DNA from: Chlamydiota bacterium
GTDB lineage: Bacteria > Auribacterota > JACPWU01
Assembly: GCA_016196885.1 (NCBI GenBank)
Contig: JACPWU010000029.1
Span: 1 to 8,013, forward strand
DNA length: 8,013 nucleotides
Reading direction: 5' to 3'
This document shows positions 1 to 5,966 of this stretch, one piece after another. Under the pieces are notes generated by a model that saw only the letters and a program-made list of their open reading frames with translations, was not told where the DNA came from and made no database searches. The position numbers were made by a program, and so were the translations under genes. Position 1 is the first letter of the stretch. Every line of letters starts with the position of its first letter.

Positions 1-117
1 AAAAACATGGGATAAGGAGGCTCAACGAAATAGTACCGATCCTTAAAGAAGAATAATCAAAAGGTACAAAACTGCATCGTTAAAGAGATGACCCATGTAG
101 GGTGGAATATGGCCTCC

Positions 118-172
118 TTAGTATCGGGCCGTGCCCCCTGCATAGATCTGCCCGATAAATCGGGCGACTACG
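118..172 (-). repeat. Truncated, reverse-oriented copy of the REP-like palindromic element found complete at 5086-5165
   Basis: GCCCGATAAATCGGGCGACTAC (150-171) is the exact reverse complement of GTAGTCGCCCGATTTATCGGGC at 5097-5118. The adjacent GTGCCCCCTGCATAGATCTG resembles the reverse complement of the central part of the 5086-5165 element with mismatches. The second inner hairpin and the outer arm are missing. Confidence 0.6.
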
Positions 173-555
173 CTTGACGGATCAAGAATACTTGAGCCAA
201 GTCCATATGCCTTAAAAATAAAACTGCTGTGATTTTTTTCATTTTAAATTCCCTTTCTTGAGGTGGCTGAATAATAGATTGATAACGAAAACGGGCCAGG
301 GGTGACCTAAAGTAAGGGAATTTCAAAATGAATTGAAACTGCCTTAGACGGGGAACCCCTATCTACAGCAGGTACAACAAAGACGAGAGAAAGAAGAAGA
401 GCGAGAAAGATGATTTTCTCGTTCAAGTGAAGGTAAACCAGTGAAATAAGACACTTGCCGATACATATTGGGAGAGACCCTACCAAGCGCCTCTTTTCTT
501 GTCAAGGGGATTTGAAAACTCCCCTTATTGAATTTAATGGATTTTGTACGTTTTT

Positions 556-565
556 TTGATATATT
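556..565 (+). promoter_or_regulatory. Candidate extended -10 promoter for the riboswitch-kimA transcript
   Basis: TGaTATATT at 557-565 fits the extended -10 pattern TGnTATAAT. It predicts a transcription start near 572, just upstream of the riboswitch P1 strand at 577. There is no convincing -35 hexamer. The call rests on sequence pattern only. Confidence 0.3.
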
Positions 566-574
566 AACCTCCAC

Positions 575-705
575 AAGCTTAATCTTGCTCTTAAAGTTGT
601 GAGAGCGGGGGAACCAAGGTTTGGTCGTAACTATCTTGGGGCGAATGTCTTAAGAAGAGACAAGGGTTTTCCAACCCGAGCCCGACAGCTAACCCCGTAA
701 GCATA
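575..705 (+). promoter_or_regulatory. c-di-AMP riboswitch aptamer (ydaO/kimA class)
   Basis: The plus strand carries the conserved blocks of this class as I recall them from the B. subtilis ydaO leader: GCTTAATC (577-584), AGAGCGGGGGAACCAA (602-617), TTGGGGCGAATG (636-647) and CAACCCGAGCCCGACAGCTAACCCCGTAAGC (672-702). GCTTA (577-581) pairs with TAAGC (698-702) to close P1. Internal helices CCAAG (614-618)/CTTGG (635-639) and GGGTT (664-668)/AACCC (673-677) give the expected two-lobed architecture. A terminator and a KimA-like gene follow, which is the classical context. Confidence 0.85.
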
Positions 706-722
706 AAAGGAAGAATTTTCTC

Positions 723-757
723 AAAACCCAAAGAGTGTGTGCTCTTTGGGTTTTTTT
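723..757 (+). terminator. Intrinsic terminator, the likely expression platform of the riboswitch
   Basis: A perfect 9-bp stem CCCAAAGAG (727-735)/CTCTTTGGG (742-750) encloses the loop TGTGTG. It is followed by T7 (751-757) and preceded by A4 (723-726). It begins about 20 nt after the aptamer and lies 177 nt upstream of the kimA-like start codon. Confidence 0.85.
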
Positions 758-800
758 GTTGTCTGGGTTTGTTTAACCACTCAACTATTTGTCTGCAAAG

Positions 801-882
801 TCTCCTCTCCCCTTGTGGGAGAGGTTGGGTGAGGGGGGAATTTAAACTCACCCTCCCCTAACCCCTCCCATCTAGGGAGGGG
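801..882. repeat. Cluster of three GC-rich hairpins (REP/MITE-like) in the kimA leader
   Basis: Hairpin A: CCTCTCCC (804-811)/GGGAGAGG (817-824). Hairpin B: GGGTGAG (827-833)/CTCACCC (847-853). Hairpin C: CCCCTCCC (862-869)/GGGAGGGG (875-882). All use the same GGGAG(A/G)GG-type arm. The spurious minus-strand ORF 591..851 translates through this element (PLPQGERR), as often happens with such repeats. Confidence 0.6.
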
Positions 883-934
883 AATCTTTAGACCTTCGGA
901 CAGACTGACTGGGGGAGTTACAAAAGGGGGGAGT

Positions 935-2911
935 ATGTCAGAAGTGAGAATTTCATTGCTTCAGAGGTTCAAAAACATCTTCATCGGAAAAGCTCGAAAT
1001 CCACTCGATCAAAAGGTTTTTCATCATTTATCCCTCATTGCTTTTTTTGCATGGGTGGGTTTAGGAGCGGACGGGCTTTCCTCCTCTTGTTATGGTCCAG
1101 AAGAGGCTTTTCTCGCTTTAAAAATGCATCCTCATCTCAGCATTTTTGTGGCCCTGGCCTCTTGTCTCACCGTTTTTTTGATCAGCGCCAGCTATTCTCA
1201 GATTATCGAACTTTTTCCCTCAGGAGGCGGAGGATATTTGGTCGCGACTAAACTTCTCTCTCGCAGCATGGGACTTGTTTCAGGCTGTGCCCTGCTTATT
1301 GACTATGTACTGACCATTACGATTTCAATAGCGGCGGGAGCCGATGCCATTTTCAGTTTTATCCCTGGAGCTCCCTTTGCGCTTAAATTTGGTTTTGCCA
1401 TTTTCGGCGTAGTGCTTTTGAGCCTTCTGAACATTCGCGGGGTGAAAGAGTCGGTGATTCCCTTAGTCCCTGTTTTTTTACTTTTTATTTTGACGCATGT
1501 GATGGTGGTGATTTACACGATGTTTTCTCAAGGGAGTCATCTTTCTTTGATGATTCATCATACCGTTTCAGATGTTCATCAAACGTGTTCTGAAATTGGC
1601 TTGTGGGGACTTGTCTTTTTAATTCTAAGGGCCTATAGCATGGGTGCCGGAACCTTTACCGGAATAGAGGCGGTGAGCAATGGTCTTCCCATTTTAAGGG
1701 ATCCGAAAGTCCAGACAGGTAAAAAGACCATGCGTTACATGGCGGTATCTCTTGCATTTATGGTTTTGGGACTGATGTTGGCTTATCTATTAATGCAATT
1801 ACAACCTCAGGTGGGAAAAACTTTAAACGCAGTTCTCTTAGGAGAAACCACAAAAAATTGGGGACATTTTGGATCCATTTTTACTTTGGTCGCTCTCATT
1901 TCAGAAGCATTGCTTCTTTTTGTGGCGGCTCAGGCTGGGTTTTTAGATGGTCCCCGCGTTTTGGCTAGTATGGCGCTCGATCGCTGGTTTCCCACACGCT
2001 TTTCCTTCTTAAGCGATCGTCTGGTCACTCAAAATGGAATTTTACTCATGGGCGGTGCTGCGCTGATCACCATGATTTTGACTCAAGGTTCTGTTCAATT
2101 CTTGGTGGTGCTTTATTCTATCAATGTGTTTATCACCTTTTGTCTTTCTCAAGCGGGCATGGTCCGTCATTGGTGGGAGGTTCGCGCCAAAGAATCTTCC
2201 TGGAGAAAAAAGCTTTTCATCAATGGTTTGGGCCTCTCCTTGACGGGGCTGATTCTGGCGAGTGTGGTGATCCTGAAATTCCATGAAGGAGGATGGATCA
2301 CACTTCTGGTAACCGGATTTTTGGTGAGTTTGGCTTTTTTAATCAAGCGGCATTATTTGGATGCAGCAAAACTTTTGGGAAGGTTAGAAGATTTGGTTCA
2401 GGCCACCGTCCTTGAAAAATCAGAAGAAAAGAATGACACGATTTCAGCTGATCCCAAGGCAAAGACCGCAATTTTGCTCGTGAATGGTTTTAATGGTGTT
2501 GGGCTTCACACGTTATTTGGTATTGTTCGTCATTTCGGACAGGAATTTCGAAACTTTGTTTTTGTCGAAGTCGGTGTGATTGATGCGGGAAATTTTAAAG
2601 GGACTGAAGAAATTGGGAATTTAAAGGTTCGAACAGAGGGAGACATAAATCGCTACGTAACTTATATGAAGAATCAGGGTTTCTATGCTGAGGGAGTTTA
2701 CACCTTGGGAATTGATGTGGTCAGTGAGGTGGAAAAAATTATCCCTTCGATTTTAAAGCGTTTCCCTCAGGCTGTTTTCTTCGGAGGGCAAATTGTATTT
2801 CCAAAGGATTCATTGATGACGCGGTGGCTCCACAATTACACCGTTTTTTCTATTCAGAAAAGATTATATCGCCAGGGCATTCCCTTTGTCATTTTTCCGA
2901 TCCGGGTGTGA
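935..2911 (+). CDS. kimA: KimA-like K+ uptake transporter (APC-superfamily permease with a C-terminal cytoplasmic domain)
   Basis: This is a 658-aa ORF whose ATG 935 is preceded by a G-rich SD at 926-933. The N-terminal ~470 aa are polytopic and hydrophobic, followed by a ~190-aa soluble C-terminal domain. It resembles recalled B. subtilis KimA (YdaO) at motif level: YSQIIELFPSGGGGYLV vs YRQIIYAYPQGGGAYIV, LLIDYVLTITISIAAGADAI vs LLVDYILTVAVSISAGTDAI, and GTFTGIEAVSNGLP vs SALTGVEAISNAIP. It lies directly downstream of a c-di-AMP riboswitch, as kimA does in Bacillus. The gene symbol is a family-level assignment. Confidence 0.8.
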   Translation: MSEVRISLLQRFKNIFIGKARNPLDQKVFHHLSLIAFFAWVGLGADGLSSSCYGPEEAFLALKMHPHLSIFVALASCLTVFLISASYSQIIELFPSGGGGYLVATKLLSRSMGLVSGCALLIDYVLTITISIAAGADAIFSFIPGAPFALKFGFAIFGVVLLSLLNIRGVKESVIPLVPVFLLFILTHVMVVIYTMFSQGSHLSLMIHHTVSDVHQTCSEIGLWGLVFLILRAYSMGAGTFTGIEAVSNGLPILRDPKVQTGKKTMRYMAVSLAFMVLGLMLAYLLMQLQPQVGKTLNAVLLGETTKNWGHFGSIFTLVALISEALLLFVAAQAGFLDGPRVLASMALDRWFPTRFSFLSDRLVTQNGILLMGGAALITMILTQGSVQFLVVLYSINVFITFCLSQAGMVRHWWEVRAKESSWRKKLFINGLGLSLTGLILASVVILKFHEGGWITLLVTGFLVSLAFLIKRHYLDAAKLLGRLEDLVQATVLEKSEEKNDTISADPKAKTAILLVNGFNGVGLHTLFGIVRHFGQEFRNFVFVEVGVIDAGNFKGTEEIGNLKVRTEGDINRYVTYMKNQGFYAEGVYTLGIDVVSEVEKIIPSILKRFPQAVFFGGQIVFPKDSLMTRWLHNYTVFSIQKRLYRQGIPFVIFPIRV

Positions 2912-2937
2912 AGAAAGAGGTTAGGTAATTATCTAAC

Positions 2938-3074
2938 AAGAGACTCGACCCCGTATTCAAGAGACTCGACCCCGTATTCGTATTCGTATTCGTATTCCCG
3001 TATTCGTATTGACCCCGTATTCGTATTCCGTATCGACCCGTATCCCGTATTCCGACCCCGTATTCGTATTCGAC
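2938..3074 (+). repeat. Mosaic direct-repeat array built from GTATTC and GACCCC units
   Basis: There are two perfect tandem 21-mers AAGAGACTCGACCCCGTATTC (2938-2958 and 2959-2979). An irregular string follows, giving 14 GTAT(T)C units in total (starts 2953, 2974, 2980, 2986, 2992, 3000, 3006, 3017, 3023, 3030, 3040, 3047, 3060, 3066) and 5 GACCC(C) units (starts 2947, 2968, 3011, 3035, 3054). The 12-mer GACCCCGTATTC occurs four times exactly. All repeats are direct, with no inverted complement on the same strand. Confidence 0.9.
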
Positions 3075-3170
3075 TGAAATTACGCCTTATTATCTTAAGA
3101 ATTTAAAAAATTACACATTGATTTTGGGCGTTAAAAATACCAGACTGTAACAATATCCAGGAGAGACAAA

Positions 3171-4139
3171 ATGATTGTTGTCACGGGTGGAGCAGGGTTT
3201 ATCGGCAGTGCCATGGTACACAGGCTTAATGAAAATGGCATCACAGATATTCTGATTGTGGATGAGCTGGGCTCTTCTCCCAAATGGAAAAATTTGGTAG
3301 GCAAGCGCTTCACCGATTATCTGCACAAAGATCCTTTTATGGAAGCTTTGCTTGCTGAAAGGCTTCCTAGAATGGAAGCGATCATTCATATGGGAGCCAA
3401 TTCTTCCACGACAGAAACAGATGTGGAACATCTCATGGACAATAATTATCGCTATACAAGAGTGCTCGCTGAATGGGCTCTACGAAAAAAGGTACGTTTT
3501 ATTTATGCCAGCAGTGGCGCTACTTATGGCGATGGAACGCTGGGTTTTAGCGATGACGACGAAGCAACTGTAAGCCTTTCCCCACTCAATCCCTATGGAT
3601 ACTCCAAACATCTTTTTGACCTTTGGCTTTTGAAAAACAAGCATGAAAATAAAATGGTGGGTATTAAATTCTTCAATGTTTTTGGCCCCAATGAATATCA
3701 CAAAAACGACATGAGAAGTGTGGTCTGCAAGGCCTATGACCAGATTCAAGAGACCGGGAAAATGGGACTGTTTAAATCTTACAAGAATGAATACAAAGAT
3801 GGTGAGCAGATGCGGGACTTTGTGTATATCAAAGATTGCACCGAAGTCTTGTGGTGGTTTTTAAACACGCCCAAAGTAAATGGCCTTTTTAATCTGGGGA
3901 GAGGAGAGGCTAGAACCTGGAACGATTTGGCCAAGGCTATTTTTGCTGCATTAAAGAAACCCCTCAACATTGAATACATCGACATGCCCGAAACCCTGCG
4001 TAGTGCCTACCAATATCACACCCAAGCCGTTATGACTAAACTCCAAAATGCAGGCTGCCCTGTGCAATTTCAATCCCTTGAAGATTCTGTGAAAGATTAT
4101 GTTGAACATTATCTGCATCCGAGGTTGAGGTGGTTGTAG
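3171..4139 (+). CDS. hldD: ADP-L-glycero-D-manno-heptose 6-epimerase
   Basis: This 322-aa ORF has an SD AGGAGAG (3159-3165) 5 nt before the ATG. It aligns along its full length with recalled E. coli HldD/RfaD: MIVVTGGAGFIGS...ITDILIVD vs MIIVTGGAGFIGS...ITDILVVD, MDNNYRYT vs MDNNYQYS, YASSGATYG vs YASSAATYG, the YGYSK catalytic YxxxK, FNVFGPNEYHK vs FNVYGPREGHK, RDFVYIKD vs RDFVYVGD, and NLGRGEARTW vs NLGTGRAESF. Confidence 0.92.
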   Translation: MIVVTGGAGFIGSAMVHRLNENGITDILIVDELGSSPKWKNLVGKRFTDYLHKDPFMEALLAERLPRMEAIIHMGANSSTTETDVEHLMDNNYRYTRVLAEWALRKKVRFIYASSGATYGDGTLGFSDDDEATVSLSPLNPYGYSKHLFDLWLLKNKHENKMVGIKFFNVFGPNEYHKNDMRSVVCKAYDQIQETGKMGLFKSYKNEYKDGEQMRDFVYIKDCTEVLWWFLNTPKVNGLFNLGRGEARTWNDLAKAIFAALKKPLNIEYIDMPETLRSAYQYHTQAVMTKLQNAGCPVQFQSLEDSVKDYVEHYLHPRLRWL

Positions 4140-4161
4140 GGGAGGAGAGTCAGAATTGAAG

Positions 4162-4329
4162 ATGGAAGAATGCGGGTTAGTTCAAAAGGCGGTGAAATCG
4201 GTCGAAGATTTTGACGAGCAATTTTTTGACCTTCCTAAGTCAAAAATAATTAAATTAAACACACTCCTACAAACAATGATTAGAGAACATACAAAATCCA
4301 TATCATTCGAAGAAGGAGGCAATCAATAA
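4162..4329 (+). CDS. Possible small hypothetical protein (55 aa, or 57 aa from TTG 4156)
   Basis: The ORF reads MEECGLVQKAVKSVEDFDEQFFDLPKSKIIKLNTLLQTMIREHTKSISFEEGGNQ and falls below the track's length cut-off. A strong SD GGAGGAG (4141-4147) lies 8 nt before TTG 4156 and 14 nt before ATG 4162. It fills an otherwise empty 228-nt gap. I recognise no family, so coding status is uncertain. Confidence 0.3.
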   Translation: MEECGLVQKAVKSVEDFDEQFFDLPKSKIIKLNTLLQTMIREHTKSISFEEGGNQ

Positions 4330-4382
4330 ATTTTTTGAATGACTCAGATTTCAAATTATAACTTTTTTTGAGAGAAACGAAA

Positions 4383-4649
4383 ATGCAGGACGAATTGGAA
4401 AAAACTCCTGGTGTAGGTAAAAGCATTGCTCAAGATTTGCACAAGATTGGCATTCACTCGATCGCGGATCTCAAGGGGAGGGATGCACAGGCATTATATG
4501 ACCAATCTAATAAGTTGGTAGGAACTGTGCAAGATCGCTGTCTTCTTTACGTTTTTCGCTCGGCGGTTTACTTTGCCAATACTCAAAACCCTAAACCGGA
4601 GTTATTGAAGTGGTGGAATTGGAAAGATAAAAAGGGGATAGAAAAATGA
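4383..4649 (+). CDS. Helix-hairpin-helix protein of the Cdd1 / 'pathogenicity locus' family (PF11731-like)
   Basis: The sequence MQDELEKTPGVGKSIAQDLHKIGIHSIADLKG...DRCLLYVFRSAVYFA...ELLKWWNWKD shows the HhH signature (PGVG...A.DL...GI) and the conserved DRC.LYVFR..VY and LKWW.WKD blocks of this small family, as I recall them. The track starts the ORF at TTG 4368. I prefer ATG 4383, which lies 6 nt after the purine-rich GAGAGAA. The stop overlaps the next start (ATGA at 4646-4649). Confidence 0.75.
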   Translation: MQDELEKTPGVGKSIAQDLHKIGIHSIADLKGRDAQALYDQSNKLVGTVQDRCLLYVFRSAVYFANTQNPKPELLKWWNWKDKKGIEK

Positions 4650-4967
4650 AAATGGGAATTATTTTAGAAACCAAAGAGGTTGAAAAGGCATGGAATGCTT
4701 TTCGATTTGCCGTAACGGCAAAAAAGCGTAGTCACGAAGTGAAGATTTTTCTGATGGGGGAAGCGGTTGAGTGTGAAGGGCTCACACATGAAAAATACAA
4801 TGTGGATGAGCAGTTGAAAAAATTTGCTTCTCTGGGAGGAGAAATATTAGCCTGTGGAACGTGCTTAACCTCCAGGCAAAAAGAAGGAACGGAAAGCTGT
4901 CCACTTTTCAACGATGAACGATTGTGTGAATCTGGTTGAATGGGCCGATAGGGTCGTGACTTTTTAA
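4646..4967 (+). pseudogene. DsrE/DsrF-like protein with its C-terminus displaced by a 1-nt insertion in a T4 run (true frameshift or homopolymer sequencing error)
   Basis: Frame A (4646-4939) gives MKMGIILETKEVEKAWNAFRFA...LACGTCLTSRQKEGTESCPL and then the non-family tail FNDERLCESG*. Shifting +1 at TTTT (4905-4908) gives STMNDCVNLVEWADRVVTF* with its stop at 4965-4967. This reproduces the family's characteristic ending (recalled pattern ...CPxSTMxDLxELxxxxDKVxTF). Removing one T restores a 106-aa protein. Confidence 0.75.
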
Positions 4968-5085
4968 ATATTGAGTGAAATTGCTTAGTACAGTGAGTGA
5001 TTCTTATGACTCTTTATAAGAGGGCCATTTATAATCTCAATGATCCTTCGAGATCATCGTGCGCGATGAAAGTTCTTCCCATCAT

Positions 5086-5165
5086 GCTCATTTTGTAGTC
5101 GCCCGATTTATCGGGCAGATTCATGCAAGGGGCAGCCCCATAAATGGGGCGACTACAAAATGAGC
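5086..5165. repeat. Complete REP-like nested palindrome between convergent genes
   Basis: The outer arms are a perfect 19-bp inverted repeat: GCTCATTTTGTAGTCGCCC (5086-5104) and GGGCGACTACAAAATGAGC (5147-5165). Two local palindromes lie inside, GCCCGATTTATCGGGC and GCCCCATAAATGGGGC. A truncated copy sits at 118-172. There is no flanking U-tract, so this is not a canonical intrinsic terminator. Confidence 0.85.
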
Positions 5166-5231
5166 CTTACCTTCATAAGAAGAAGTTACAGAGTTAACTT
5201 GCAGAGTATATTTTTGAAGTCAATTGATTGG

Positions 5232-5966
5232 CTAGCCCCACCAAACTCTACTTCTTAATGCTGTAATCCAAGAGAGAATGCTTTCTTTAACGTTTTGAAC
5301 TTCACCCTTGAGATTTCTTATTTCCTCGGAAAAGTTTGGATATTTTTCTCCTAGAGAGTCCAATGTTCTTGCGGTCGCATTAATCTCTTTGAGGGCCCAC
5401 TTGCATTTGACGATGTTGGCACAAAGGACATCGTCCTCGTAACCAAAACAATGTCCACTCAAAATATGTGCATGTGTTTTAAATGCATGAATGCTAAGTT
5501 GGACAAGGATGTCGGATGGATTCTGCCAGTCTATGTCCTGATTCAAATTCTTGATGAAAGCCTTGACAGAGCGGTCAAACCTTAAAGCAGATTGATAGCA
5601 CAAGATCGTCTCTAATTTTTTTTCTTCCTCTTTATTATTTGCTTCGTTTGCTTCTTCAGAGTCCATCTCAAATTCGTTAGGAGTATTTCCTAATGATTGT
5701 TCAAGCTCGTCGTTGGGGTCGATGGGGAGAATTGCCGGGTCGCTTCCAAAGTTCATGGGATCAATATCAAAATGGACCTTAAAGTATAAATCAAGAGGAT
5801 GCTTGTATTTCTCAATAGAGTTTTCTTCACTGAAAACCCTTTCGTATTTGTCCACGAGGCGTTCATTTTCTTCAATAAATTTTTCCCATTGCCCTTCATT
5901 CCAATAACCTTCGTTGTCGGGGATCCACTCCTTCTCATCAAATCCAAAATCGTTAGAGGTATTCAT
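5232..5966 (-). CDS. Hypothetical protein, partner of the upstream nucleotidyltransferase
   Basis: This 244-aa ORF has its ATG immediately after the upstream TAA (TAAATG on the minus strand, 5969-5964). An AAGGA motif lies about 10 nt upstream, inside the preceding gene. By eye the architecture is a W/E-rich helical N-terminus (WIPDNEGYWNEGQWEKFIEENERL), a strongly acidic low-complexity linker (about residues 85-117, ...NDELEQSLGNTPNEFEMDSEEANEANNKEEEKK) and a ~125-aa C-terminal region that looks like four helices with a His/Cys-rich patch (SIHAFKTHAHILSGHCFGYEDDVLCANIVKC). I recognise no family. Confidence 0.7.
   Translation of the reverse strand: MNTSNDFGFDEKEWIPDNEGYWNEGQWEKFIEENERLVDKYERVFSEENSIEKYKHPLDLYFKVHFDIDPMNFGSDPAILPIDPNDELEQSLGNTPNEFEMDSEEANEANNKEEEKKLETILCYQSALRFDRSVKAFIKNLNQDIDWQNPSDILVQLSIHAFKTHAHILSGHCFGYEDDVLCANIVKCKWALKEINATARTLDSLGEKYPNFSEEIRNLKGEVQNVKESILSWITALRSRVWWG

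Noticed and set aside
504-526. Hairpin AAGGGGA/TCCCCTT as an intrinsic terminator
   Set aside because: No U-tract follows immediately on either strand, and no upstream gene is evident for it to terminate.
359-574. 71-aa minus-strand ORF
   Set aside because: It has a GTG start without an SD and a low-complexity Ser/Cys/Arg-rich tail that is the antisense of the polypurine tract. I recognise no family, and its start overlaps the predicted riboswitch promoter.
591-851. 86-aa minus-strand ORF (MSLNSPLTQPLPQGERR...)
   Set aside because: It runs antisense through the c-di-AMP riboswitch, its terminator and the GC-hairpin repeat. Its PLPQGERR-type sequence is the usual translation artefact of such repeats.
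1051-2284. Nested ORFs 1051..1251(+) and 2042..2284(-) inside kimA
   Set aside because: They are off-frame or antisense shadows of a well-supported 658-aa transporter gene, with Arg/Ser-rich, non-protein-like composition.
2938-3074. CRISPR array interpretation of the repeat tract
   Set aside because: The units are 5-6 bp (at most 21 bp) with no unique spacers of 25-40 bp, and there are no cas genes. This is a micro- or minisatellite-like mosaic.
3111-3985. ORFs 3111..3431(-), 3131..3313(-), 3352..3573(+), 3480..3749(-) and 3779..3985(-)
   Set aside because: All lie within or antisense to hldD, whose frame matches E. coli HldD end to end.
5086-5165. Bidirectional intrinsic terminator call for the nested palindrome
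   Set aside because: The stem is strong, but neither side has a U-run. A second decayed copy elsewhere argues for a dispersed REP-type repeat. A termination role remains possible but is not supported by sequence alone.
5232-5966. HEPN toxin assignment for the 244-aa partner protein
   Set aside because: No Arg in the protein is followed by His at the 4-6 residue spacing of the Rx4-6H motif. The helical C-terminal domain alone is insufficient evidence.
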